Shown one piece after another: positions 42,127 through 52,800 of a stretch of 64,000 bases of DNA (position 1 is its first letter; the number at the start of each line of letters is the position of its first letter). A program made the translations under genes and the position numbers. The stretch comes from Candidatus Kapaibacterium sp. (GTDB lineage: Bacteria > Bacteroidota > Ignavibacteria > Kapaibacteriales > UBA2268), in assembly GCA_963665665.1 (NCBI GenBank), contig OY762428.1, forward strand, positions 2,176,001-2,240,000. Reading direction: 5' to 3'. The notes beneath the pieces are model-generated. The model was not told the origin of the DNA, made no database searches, and saw nothing but the letters and a program-made list of their open reading frames with translations.

Positions 42127-43944
42127 ATGAGAAAGGATAATTTTAGGAACATCGCGATCATCGCACACGTTGACCATGGAAAGACGACATTAGTGGACGG
42201 AATGCTCAGGCAAAGCGGTACTTTCAGTGACCACCAGGAAGTAGCCGAAAGAGTTATGGACTCCATGGATCTGGAAAGAGAACGCGGCATTACCATCATG
42301 GCAAAGAATACTGCCATTTACTACGAGGGAATAAAGATCAATATCGTTGATACTCCCGGCCACGCTGACTTCGGCGGCGAAGTGGAAAGGAGCCTGAACC
42401 TTGTGGACGGGGTTATACTGCTGGTGGATGCCAGCGAAGGGCCTCTTCCCCAAACACGCTTCGTAGTGAAAAAAGCTCTTGCAAAAAAACTACCCGTAAT
42501 TCTTGTAATAAATAAAATCGACCGTGCTGACCGCCGGATAGAAGAAGTGGTAAGCGAAGTTTACGACCTCTTTATCGACCTTGACGCCACAGACGAACAA
42601 ATTGAATTTCCGATCTTATATACTAACGCCAAGGAAGCGGTTGCACATTACGAAGTTGAGGACGAATCAACAGACCTGAGGCCGCTTTTTGATTCAATTA
42701 TCAAAGTGTTCCCGGGCCCGGAAGCCAATGATGAAGCTAAACCACAGCTTTTGGTAACAAACCTTGACTACGATTCTTATGTCGGGCAGATTGCAATAGG
42801 CAGGCTGGAACACGGCAGCCTGGAGATCAGCAAGCAGTATTCCCTTTGCGGCAAAGAGGAAATTAAAAGCGGGATTAAATTTTCGGCGCTTTACACATTT
42901 TCAGGTTTGGCAAAAAAACAGGTTGAGAAAGTGGAATCAGGTGATATTATTGCTGTGGCAGGTATCGACAACGTGAAAATCGGCGATACGATTTCTTCGC
43001 TTGAAGATCCCGAGCCGCTCCCGAGAATAAAGATTGACGACCCTACCGTTTCAATGATATTCTACGTGAATAACGGGCCCTTTGCAGGCACCGAAGGCAA
43101 ATTCCTAACCACACGCCACCTGAAAGCAAGGCTGGAAAAAGAGATGCTCAGGAATGTTTCGCTTAAAGTAAAGCCGATAGCCGACCGCTCGGATGCTTAT
43201 GAAGTAAGCGGACGTGGTGAGCTTCAGATGGCTGTACTTATTGAAACAATGAGGCGCGAGGGATTTGAATTCATGGTTTCCAAACCACAGGTTATTCTGA
43301 AAGAAATTGACGGCAAAAACTGCGAACCTTATGAGCATGTATATATTGATGTTCCGAATGATTATTCGGGTATAGTTACAGAGAAACTCTCCTCCCGCAA
43401 AGGCCAGATGGTTAATATGATGAGCACTGGCAGCGGCAGGGTAAATATCGAATTCGTAATACCTTCCAGGGGCCTGATTGGCTTCCGCAGCCAGTTCCTG
43501 ACCGATACGAAAGGTACGGGCGTTATGAATACGCTTATCGAAGGTTACGAGGAATGGGCCGGTAAAATTCCCCAGAGAAATACCGGCGCTTTGGTTGCCG
43601 ACAGGCAGGGCCGCGTTACAGGTTACGCTTCGTATGCCATGGAGGATCGCGGCGAACTATTCGTTGAAGTGGGAACAAATGTTTACATGGGCATGGTTAT
43701 TGGCGAAAGAAACAAAGTAGCCGACCTGAATGTGAATATTACCAAGGAAAAGAAACTTACCAACATGCGCGCCAGCGGTTCCGACGCAACAGTTACGCTA
43801 AGGCCTCCGCGCATCATGTCGCTGGACCAGGCAATAGAGTTCATCGCCGAGGACGAGCTTGTAGAAGTTACACCGGCCTCCATCAGGCTTAGAAAAATGG
43901 ATCTTGATCCGCATATAAGGAAAGCAAAATCAAAAATTGACTAA
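42127..43944 (+). CDS. typA: Translational GTPase TypA/BipA
   Basis: RNIAIIAHVDHGKTTLVD, DTPGHADFGGEVER, GRGELQM and KKLTNMRASG. Confidence 0.98.
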   Translation: MRKDNFRNIAIIAHVDHGKTTLVDGMLRQSGTFSDHQEVAERVMDSMDLERERGITIMAKNTAIYYEGIKINIVDTPGHADFGGEVERSLNLVDGVILLVDASEGPLPQTRFVVKKALAKKLPVILVINKIDRADRRIEEVVSEVYDLFIDLDATDEQIEFPILYTNAKEAVAHYEVEDESTDLRPLFDSIIKVFPGPEANDEAKPQLLVTNLDYDSYVGQIAIGRLEHGSLEISKQYSLCGKEEIKSGIKFSALYTFSGLAKKQVEKVESGDIIAVAGIDNVKIGDTISSLEDPEPLPRIKIDDPTVSMIFYVNNGPFAGTEGKFLTTRHLKARLEKEMLRNVSLKVKPIADRSDAYEVSGRGELQMAVLIETMRREGFEFMVSKPQVILKEIDGKNCEPYEHVYIDVPNDYSGIVTEKLSSRKGQMVNMMSTGSGRVNIEFVIPSRGLIGFRSQFLTDTKGTGVMNTLIEGYEEWAGKIPQRNTGALVADRQGRVTGYASYAMEDRGELFVEVGTNVYMGMVIGERNKVADLNVNITKEKKLTNMRASGSDATVTLRPPRIMSLDQAIEFIAEDELVEVTPASIRLRKMDLDPHIRKAKSKID

Positions 43945-43957
43945 GATTAAAAAAAGA

Positions 43958-43987
43958 AAAACCCCGGATAGATATTCGGGGTTTTTC
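43958..43987. terminator. Bidirectional terminator after typA
   Basis: AAAACCCCG...CGGGGTTTT. Confidence 0.75.
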
Positions 43988-44013
43988 GTGATATGTATAT
44001 TTTTTACAAATAA

Positions 44014-45309
44014 TCAGTGAGAGTCCATACCCAAATTCAGACTTTCCATTGAAAACATTCCAAGCCTTTCCATATTATGGTAGCACCCCAGGTTTTGTTT
44101 GGCCCAGGCGTTTAGCTTTTCTTTGTCAAAAACAAATATAGCTCCAATTTCATCTTTACTATGCTTGCCAAGCTGTTCTTTTGCTTCCTGAAGGTTCAGG
44201 TTTTCTTTACTATTCATAATATGAGAATTAACCAGGTTAAGAGTTTCTTTACTGAGCACTGAGTTTAAACTTTCGTGGCTATATACATTTAAATCTTCTT
44301 TCCCAGTATACCACAACCCAATAGAATTTTCTTTTGCATATCCCTTCAATTTCTCATCACTCATAAAAGTATTTAACTGCTCATTATTAAAATAAACAGC
44401 ACCAAGCTGTTCCTTTGAAAGAACCCCGAGCCTTTCTTTATCAGGGGTAAAATTGAGATCATCTTTAGCATTCACAGGAGCAAAATTAAGTTCCTCGCGA
44501 CTAAAAACAACAGCGTTTAAGCCATCTTTTGCATAAACAAGAGCAATTTTTTCCTTACCACAGGCAACACCGATATTGTCTGTTATTTCAAAACCCTTAT
44601 ATATATCAGCAACATTTTCAGTGCTATAGATATCTTTTTCAGCGGCATAATCTACTTTATCTTTATCGCCCATGGCAATTGCATATTGAATTGTATTTAT
44701 CAGAATATGATCACGCAGTTTCTTCAGTGATTCAATTTTAGCAGGATTGGATATTTCTTTTGTTGCAATCTTCTTGTCGATATCATTTACAATTTCTTTA
44801 ATAACTTCCGTGCGCCTATGAATCCTGATAATGGAAGCGCTGACGTCTGCAAGATATTTTTCGGCATCAATTGACTGGTCAATGTTCCCCCTTTTTATAT
44901 CATCAACAATATCAATTGCCTCGGAAATATCAATCCTGCCATTTTTTATCGATTCTGTAACAGAGTTCAGCTTTGTTGCTATCGTCCCGTGTAAATCTTC
45001 GTCAATTGCTTTGACTTCCTGCAACCAGCCGTTTGATATAATATCGCTGGTCTGAGCCATAACAATAGATATTTTTATTAATTCAGCAATAATTCGATTA
45101 ATATTTTCTTTATCATTCAGGATTCCGCTACGCAGTTTAATATCACTTGCGCTTATTTCGTCCCCCCTGAATTTCTCGGCTTTGCCTATTGTTCCGCTAC
45201 TTTCCTTCTCATCAACAGGCGGAAAATCCGAACTAAGAATATATATTGCACCTGCAATAATAATCAGTACAAAAACGCTTATTAGTCCTTTCTTCATCCG
45301 GCACCTCAA
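44014..45309 (-). CDS. Hypothetical N-terminally anchored protein with C-terminal xKExL(N/G) repeats
   Basis: N-terminal TM helix, helical middle region, and about 19 motif copies in the last ~180 aa. Confidence 0.8.
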   Translation of the reverse strand: MRCRMKKGLISVFVLIIIAGAIYILSSDFPPVDEKESSGTIGKAEKFRGDEISASDIKLRSGILNDKENINRIIAELIKISIVMAQTSDIISNGWLQEVKAIDEDLHGTIATKLNSVTESIKNGRIDISEAIDIVDDIKRGNIDQSIDAEKYLADVSASIIRIHRRTEVIKEIVNDIDKKIATKEISNPAKIESLKKLRDHILINTIQYAIAMGDKDKVDYAAEKDIYSTENVADIYKGFEITDNIGVACGKEKIALVYAKDGLNAVVFSREELNFAPVNAKDDLNFTPDKERLGVLSKEQLGAVYFNNEQLNTFMSDEKLKGYAKENSIGLWYTGKEDLNVYSHESLNSVLSKETLNLVNSHIMNSKENLNLQEAKEQLGKHSKDEIGAIFVFDKEKLNAWAKQNLGCYHNMERLGMFSMESLNLGMDSH

Positions 45310-45418
45310 AATTTGTAATCAATTACCTGAATAAGATATAAATTTTTAATTTATATTCAAAAGCATAATGTAACATTTATTAGAAAAGCCTGTTAATTTT
45401 TAGAAATAACATGCAGGT

Positions 45419-46327
45419 GTGGCAATGAAAAGTATCTTATTAATTATTTCAATATTAGTAGCTAATCTTAGCGGATTAAATATTGAATCCGTATCGGTCC
45501 GATCCCTGATAGAAAATTACGATAATTACGGGTATGATGAAATTTCTCATAAAGCATCTTTGCACTACCTTTATCTAATTGACAGCAATGCTGCAAACCA
45601 CATTGCCAGGCGTGAAACATACGAAAGCAGGATTAGCAAATCCTACCATGACATGACTGATTATCTCGGACATTTCAGAACTATTGTCTCTGCACAGAAA
45701 GCCGCTGAATTTTTTGGATATCATTCCCGCTTCTGCCGTAAAGATTTTCGCACTTTCCAAATTGATGATGAGTTCGTTCATATTCTTATTTTTCAGCAGC
45801 CAGAAGGGATTTTAAATATACTGGATAATGAAATTTCAATCTGGTCTGATCTTGCCGACAGTATTAAAAGAAATCCACCCGGATTTTTTAACCGAATCGG
45901 CCTGTTCTTCAGCGGGGGGTATGATGAGGAGGAATATATCAATCGCTGTAAGTACAATGCATACCTTTGCCAATATGTTTACTCAAAAATTATTCCTGAT
46001 ACTTTGCCATTAGCAGGAGAAGAATTTTTAAAAGGTTTTATTCCCTATGATTTTAACCCGAAAAACCAGGCACAAAATCTTTTTGCCTTTTCAGAAGATA
46101 CAGTTAAAACAGCAAGGCCTTACGATAATATAAAGTCATATCTTGATAACATGATTAACAGGATCAAATCAAATAGTAAAGTTATAGGTAAAATCAATTT
46201 TGTTTATAATGAAAGGAAAGCCTTATATACGATAAGCGGTGGCCCATCCGGTTGGAATATCTATTATTATGAATTATTGGATAGTGTTACGATTAGAAAA
46301 AGGCTGATTTCCAGCCCCGTAATGTAA
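45419..46327 (+). CDS. Hypothetical exported protein
   Basis: 302-aa ORF with a signal-like N-terminus and a terminator hairpin at ~46325-46355. Confidence 0.7.
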   Translation: MAMKSILLIISILVANLSGLNIESVSVRSLIENYDNYGYDEISHKASLHYLYLIDSNAANHIARRETYESRISKSYHDMTDYLGHFRTIVSAQKAAEFFGYHSRFCRKDFRTFQIDDEFVHILIFQQPEGILNILDNEISIWSDLADSIKRNPPGFFNRIGLFFSGGYDEEEYINRCKYNAYLCQYVYSKIIPDTLPLAGEEFLKGFIPYDFNPKNQAQNLFAFSEDTVKTARPYDNIKSYLDNMINRIKSNSKVIGKINFVYNERKALYTISGGPSGWNIYYYELLDSVTIRKRLISSPVM

Positions 46328-46508
46328 GAAACCGATTCGGTTGCCGGTTTCTTTTATTCTATGCGCGTTATCAAATAATTCATGCCCGGTTCTATGATAT
46401 TTGTGCACATCTGTTTGCCTGATTTCCGACAATTATGCTTTCCGTTTTGAGATAGAGTGATAATTAGTTATTTTTATTAATTAATGTATTCGTCAAAAAT
46501 GGCAGATT

Positions 46509-48629
46509 ATGAGCGATATTTATAAAAACCCTGAAGCACAAAGAAATATCAGTATTTTCAAGGACAGCCTGGCTTCTTTGAAAAAAGGCAGAGGAGCTAT
46601 TATTTGTATCAGCGGTGAAACCGGTTTTGGAAAAACCCACCTGCTGAATACCTATTCTATCGAATGCCAGGCAAGGGGCGAACAGCTTCAGTCTGCGATG
46701 GTAGAAACATCTGCTCCTATTGGTAATTTTAATGTAGGAACGATTCAGCCTTTGCAGCCTTTTACCAGGGCAATCGAATATCTTATGGCAGATGAAGCCT
46801 CGGCAAAGAAAAACCTGGCACGCAACCTGGTTATGACCGGCCTGTCAGTTATTCCTGTTGCCGGAGACCTTTTCTGGGCCATAAAAGAAGCAGGTAAGGA
46901 CTGGAGAGAATTCAAAAAAGAAAAATCATCCGAATCAACAAAAAAAGTAAGTTCTGCTACTGCCGATATATATGATACATTGATGGCAATATCAGACAAA
47001 GTGCCCCTGATATTGCTTATGGACGATATGCATTGGGCTGATGCCCAATCGGTTGAATTAATGAATATGCTCGCCGATAACATTAGCAAAATACCCGTTG
47101 TTATTGCTTTTACCTGCCGTATGGATGTTCTGCATGCCCAGGGCACACCACTATTGTCATTTATTGAAAGAAGAGTGAATAAAGATAACAACATATACCG
47201 GGTTGAACTTAATCCGTTTGACAAAAAACAAATAAGTTCTACATGCGGTTTCTTTCTGCCAAATTATAAACCCAACCATGATTTTGAGGAGTGGATTTAC
47301 GAGCATTCCTACGGAGTACCGGGTGTTGTTATGGAATATCTTCACTATTTTATGGAAAATCCTCCTTTTGATGATTCCGGGCAACTACAATCAAATTTCG
47401 GGCAGGGAGATTTTCTTCCTGCAACGGTGCAGTCAACATTTTCTCAGTTACTTGGCAAACTTAATGACGAAGAAAGAAATATTCTGGCCACTTGTGCAGC
47501 GGAAGGAAGAGAGTTTTCTGCAATTATTATTTCCGAACTTATTAATTCTGATATTTTATCTACTATAAAAAAACTAAGGTCTCTCCAGAATAAAACCGGG
47601 ATTATTAAAAGTAAAGGAGCCAGGCACAAATACGGTGTAAAAACGACGGTATATAAGTTTACTCAGGCTTTTTACCATACTTTTTTCGAACGAAACCTGG
47701 AATATGAGGAACATGTTGCACTACACGGACAGATTGCCGCTACTCTCAGGAAAAGATATGATGATGCGGAAAATGAAGCTGTCAGGGAGCAGATAGCACC
47801 ATACCTTGCAGCACACAGCGCGGAATCAGGAGATGAAGATATGGCCAAAGACATGCTTATGGAAACAGCGCGGCATGCGAAGAAATACGGGAGCGCTGAA
47901 ATTATTAAAGATGCTTATGATAATTATGTCAGTTTCGGCAATACTGTTCTGGCAGCTCCTGATGATACAAACAGCGAAGCCGAGCCGGATATAGATTTTG
48001 ATGCCGTAACATTCAGGGAAATGGTGAAAACGGCCCATGCTGAATCTGATAGCGAGTATAAAGCAAGCGATGAAAATTCCAAAACTGAATCCTCTGCTAA
48101 TTCCAATGGTGGTATTAGTGAATTTGCCACAATGGAATTTAATTCAATCAGAAAAGCAGTAATTAAAAAATTTCTGGAAAGGGATTTTATCTCGGCAACC
48201 GACCTTGCTCAATCATATATGGATGATGAAGAGGTAACACTTGACGACGCTGAAAAGGCCCAGCTTTTAGCTATAATAGCCCGCTGTAAAATTGAAACAA
48301 ATGATTTTGACTCTGCCGAAAATTATTGCCGGGAAGCTCAGAAAGCGGCTGATAACAGCAACAACGAACTTGCAGAATGTATTGCAATAAATACATTTGC
48401 TTTGCTCAGGTTCTCTCAGGAACGTTATAATGATGCAATTATTTACCTGCAGGATATTGCCAAAAAAGCATTGAAAATGCCTGTTGAACTAAGGCTGCTG
48501 ACAATTAGTAATATATACCGCATCATGGATAAAAAGACTCCGGAAAAAGCAAGGCAATTCCGTGAATCTGCTGCTAAATTAAGCTCCGAGCTAAAGTATC
48601 GTGATTTCCAGGAAGAGGCATTGAACTAA
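46509..48629 (+). CDS. STAND-like (AAA_16) ATPase with acidic linker and C-terminal TPR-like helices
   Basis: Walker A GETGFGKT, Walker B LLMDDMHWAD, GVPG (GxP), AAEGREF and LHGQIA. Confidence 0.85.
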   Translation: MSDIYKNPEAQRNISIFKDSLASLKKGRGAIICISGETGFGKTHLLNTYSIECQARGEQLQSAMVETSAPIGNFNVGTIQPLQPFTRAIEYLMADEASAKKNLARNLVMTGLSVIPVAGDLFWAIKEAGKDWREFKKEKSSESTKKVSSATADIYDTLMAISDKVPLILLMDDMHWADAQSVELMNMLADNISKIPVVIAFTCRMDVLHAQGTPLLSFIERRVNKDNNIYRVELNPFDKKQISSTCGFFLPNYKPNHDFEEWIYEHSYGVPGVVMEYLHYFMENPPFDDSGQLQSNFGQGDFLPATVQSTFSQLLGKLNDEERNILATCAAEGREFSAIIISELINSDILSTIKKLRSLQNKTGIIKSKGARHKYGVKTTVYKFTQAFYHTFFERNLEYEEHVALHGQIAATLRKRYDDAENEAVREQIAPYLAAHSAESGDEDMAKDMLMETARHAKKYGSAEIIKDAYDNYVSFGNTVLAAPDDTNSEAEPDIDFDAVTFREMVKTAHAESDSEYKASDENSKTESSANSNGGISEFATMEFNSIRKAVIKKFLERDFISATDLAQSYMDDEEVTLDDAEKAQLLAIIARCKIETNDFDSAENYCREAQKAADNSNNELAECIAINTFALLRFSQERYNDAIIYLQDIAKKALKMPVELRLLTISNIYRIMDKKTPEKARQFRESAAKLSSELKYRDFQEEALN

Positions 48630-48630
48630 A

Positions 48631-48660
48631 AAAAACTGTATGCGCCGCACACAGTTTTTT
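48631..48660. terminator. Bidirectional terminator
   Basis: AAAAACTGT...ACAGTTTTT between convergent genes. Confidence 0.65.
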
Positions 48661-48686
48661 ATACAAATCAATTATTTCTAAATTTA

Positions 48687-48926
48687 TCAGGCTTTTACAT
48701 CAAGATAGCCGCGTTCTATCTGGTTTTTGGCTGTTTCCTGAATCTGCTGCTGCGGCTGCACCGAGCCAAGCACCTGCAGAACCTGTTTCTGAGAGCTTTC
48801 ACTGTCGCCGTTCATTGGTTGTTGTACAACTTCCTTCTCTACCTCGTTCTGAACAGTAACCGGAGGTTTCTCAGGTGTTTCTGCCTTTTGGGTCTGAACA
48901 TTATCGATTGTCATATTAACCTCCAT
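48687..48926 (-). CDS. Small Q/E-rich hypothetical protein ending in GYLDVKA (YjfB-like C-terminus)
   Basis: 79-aa ORF; GGAGG precedes the internal ATG (MTIDNV); C-terminal G-x-x-D-V motif. Confidence 0.6.
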   Translation of the reverse strand: MEVNMTIDNVQTQKAETPEKPPVTVQNEVEKEVVQQPMNGDSESSQKQVLQVLGSVQPQQQIQETAKNQIERGYLDVKA

Positions 48927-49032
48927 AATAAATGATATAATATCCTATTTTCAATTATCGGCACTAATATAATAAACTTTAGCCAGAAATATTAATTTTT
49001 TTTATAAAACGGGCAGAAATGCAAAATATTTT

Positions 49033-49752
49033 CTATTTATTATGTAAACGCTTGATTTTTAATAATTCAAGAAACATTTTTAACGAATCAGTAACAGGAT
49101 TTACTTTCGAGCGTTCATCATTGTACCATTCAACTGATACTTCCTTGGCTTTAAGGCCGGCTTTGTTTGCCAGGTAAAGTATCTCTACATCAAATCCAAA
49201 TCCGTCAATTTTTGCCTGTCTGAATACAGTTTCCGAAGCTTCTTTTGTGAAGGCCTTGAACCCGCACTGTGTGTCCTTAATACCTTTTATAACCAGAGCC
49301 TGAACAATTTTATTAAAAGTTTTTCCCATAAACTCCCTGTAAAAGGGCTGATGTTCTTTTATTGAGGAATAATCAAGAGCCCTGCTGCCAATAAATATAT
49401 CATAGCCTTCATTAATTATCGGTATAACTTTATTCAGCTCGTGAATCGGAGTTGACAGGTCAGCATCAGAAAACACTCTAAGTTCGCCTTTGGCTGCCAG
49501 CATTCCCGCCCTGACAGCAGCGCCTTTACCCATATTGCCGGGTTGTGAAATCAGGTGAATATTATTTCCGTACTTGTTAACAATATCAGACGTTCCGTCT
49601 GACGAACCATCATCGACTACAATTATTTCGAAAGTATAATCAAACCCTGCCAGAAATTTCAATATCTTATCAAGTGAATCGCCTATACGCTTTTCCTCGT
49701 TATAAGCAGGAATAATTATTGAAAGGTATGGATTATTTTGTGGCATAGACAA
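49033..49752 (-). CDS. Polyprenol-phosphate glycosyltransferase (GT2, ALG5/DPM1-like)
   Basis: SIIIPAYNEE, VDDGSSD, NMGKGAAVRAG, DADLST, DTQCGFKAF and FDVEIL. Confidence 0.92.
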   Translation of the reverse strand: MSMPQNNPYLSIIIPAYNEEKRIGDSLDKILKFLAGFDYTFEIIVVDDGSSDGTSDIVNKYGNNIHLISQPGNMGKGAAVRAGMLAAKGELRVFSDADLSTPIHELNKVIPIINEGYDIFIGSRALDYSSIKEHQPFYREFMGKTFNKIVQALVIKGIKDTQCGFKAFTKEASETVFRQAKIDGFGFDVEILYLANKAGLKAKEVSVEWYNDERSKVNPVTDSLKMFLELLKIKRLHNK

Positions 49753-49815
49753 ATGTAATTGTTATAATAAACGGGGCAGCCCACAAGGGCGGCCCCGCAA
49801 CTAAATTGACATATT

Positions 49816-52800
49816 CTATTGAACGTTTTCAGTATTAGCAGCAGAATCTGCCGAAAGCTGGGCTTTCATCCTGTCAATTCTGCTCATCATAAATCTGCCA
49901 AGCTCACCGGCAAGCGGATTGTTGGATTTATTATGTTCCTGCAAGATCTTTTCAGCTTCAATTAAGGCAGCTTCCGTACCACCGCTTTCGATAGCTTTCT
50001 TAATTTTATACTCATCGATGTTGGCGAGTACGTCGAACATGGCATACTGGAATTTCTGCATTTCCTGACCGTAGGACGGATCAGAGGCGTAACGTGCAGC
50101 CATACTTTCAATAAGCATATAAAGACGGTTCAGAACATCAATCGCCTGGTCATATTCCTTAAACGTTTCATGCAGGTATGCAGCCCGGCGGTGTGGCCCA
50201 AAATACCTTCCCGAGGCTTCATAGTACTGAAGCTCCGGTTTAAGTTCAGGATCGTTGATTAATTGCATGCAGGAATTTATGCAATCGCGGCCAAATTTCT
50301 CGGCTTTATCTTTTGCACCAGCATCCATATAAAGCTGGGCAAGATTATATTCAACTTCGTATCCAAGCGGGAAAATCTTAGTTGAAATATTATTATTCAT
50401 CTGGTCCAGTATAGCAATACATTTATCTTTGTCCTGCATTGTCTGAAGTGCATAATTTGCATAGGAAATAAATAAAGTCCTATATGTTATCATAAGGCGC
50501 CTGTGAACCTCGTCATAATATACTGAGTTGTCATTCAGGCTCCTGAATTTAAATCCGTATTTTGGAGTTGTTGAATAATCATTGCTATTATCAACATTCA
50601 TCAGGCATGCTTCCATAATTTCAGGATCGATCGATTCGCCTTTGCCGCCTTTTTGCCTGACGGGGCAGACCCTCATTGCCATACCTTCGCTACGGAAGAA
50701 AGCATCAAGTCCGCCGAAAGCATCCGGACCAACAGTAACGGAGAAATAGATGGGACGCTCAAACCTTACCTGCTTGAGTATCTCCAATACAACTTTGTCC
50801 TGCACTCTGTATAAATAGAATTGCTGTCCGTCGCGCTCTCCGTAAGGTTTGCCATAGAATGTAAAATCAAAGCGCCCGTTATTAATATATTCCTGATCAT
50901 CAGTATATTGCGCCAGAATTTCCTTCTTAACAGGTATGGAAACATTCTGGGCAAGGCCGAAGTCATAGGATAGAGCTTTCGAATCAGATTCTTTTACCTG
51001 AAGACTGTCGTCGGAAAATGTCAGAGGAATTTTCTCCGCGCCCCATGGCTCGCGGTTTTTAAGCTGATCAACATACCACAGAGTATTACCAAGGCTGAGG
51101 TTCACTATCCTGACATCACGCCTTACCCCTGCCACATCCTGCAGGAACCATAACGGGAATGTATCATTATCACCATTGGTGAAGATAATAGCATTTTCCT
51201 CGGTACTCTGAAGGATATTATAAGAATAATCAAACGGCAGGTAGTTGCCTGCGCGGCTGTGGATCTTCCATCCGCCAACTGCCATATTCACCGGCACAAG
51301 AAGAGTTGCTCCGGCAAGTATTCCGGCAATAACCGGCACCGGAAGTTTTCTTTTCTCTCCTAATCCGCGTATCAGGCCGTAGGCTCCCATTCCAATCCAC
51401 AGGCACCACACAAAGAATGAACCGGCATAGAAATAGTCCCTTTCACGCGGCTGCGGCTCCTGCTGATTTTGATATATTGCCGTTAGAACGCCCATAAGCA
51501 GGAACATAATCAGGTATATAAATGCCATCTTGGGATCCCGGTAAAAATGGAATATCAATCCTATCAATCCGAGAATCAGAGGCAATGCATAGAACTGTAT
51601 GGGGAATTGATCTTTATAGCCGTTCAGATAATTAATTTTTTCGTTTTCAGCTTTTGAAACAACTAATGCTGCCCGGGCATCCTGCAAATCCGATGTCCTG
51701 CCCACAAAATTCCAGAAGAAATATCTCAGGTACATGTGATTAATCTGGTATTTCCAAAGGAAGGTCATTTCCCCCATGAAATCAGGATTATCAAATTTTG
51801 GCACTAATATTCCATTGCCATCTTTGCACCTTACCTCTTCTCTTCTCGGAGGTGTCCAGGGGCCGTAGATATATTCCCCTTTTTCATCTTTCTTAACATA
51901 GTGGCGCGTGTAATATTCATCATTGCTGTGATATCTTCTCGGCCAGTTAGGCGCTTCGCCATACTGCTCGCGGCCAAGATATGAAATCAGGGAGTTAAGG
52001 TCCTTGGGTTCGTTTTCGTTCATCGGCGGATTGGCATTTGAGCGCAGAAGAATCTGCATATAAGTTGCAAAGCCAAATAAAAGAAGTAAAAATGCCGATG
52101 TTATCAGGCTCAGGGTATGATTTTTACTTCTGTATCCCATATAAAGCCCGACTATTGCGGCAATAACTACTGCAATAACAAGCAATGTAACTACCGGGCT
52201 GTCTGCTACAAATTCCCGGCACTCATTCTTGAATGGCAGATGGCCGTTAAGCATTGTCGGAACCCAGCTCAGGATACCTATATATATAACGGCAAATATA
52301 AATATGGAAATTATTCCTGTCAGAACAAATGTTGTAGGTTTGAATTTATACTTACGGAAATAAACCAGGAATACTATCGAGAACAATGTTTGTACTGCCA
52401 ACAGGTGTACGCCGAGCGATAAGCCAATAAGGTAAGTTATCAACAGTAGATAACGTTCATGCCCCGGCTTGTCTGCTTCCTCGTTCCATTTCATCATCAG
52501 GAATACAACTAAAGCCACAAATAGGCTGGACATAGCATAAACCTCGGATTCCACGGCATTGAACCAGAATGTATCGGAGAATATCAACGCCAGTGCACCT
52601 ACAAATGACGAGCCATAAACTGCAAGGGCATCTCCGGTATCTTTAATATCTGATTTTTTGAAATTCAGTATTGTTTTTACTGTTATCAGGTAAAGCAGCC
52701 AGACAGTTAAAGAACTGGCTATAACGGAAAGCATATTGATTCGCCAGCCGTCATCCCCGAATGGTATAATAATATGGAATAGTTTCCCAAGCATAAGGAA

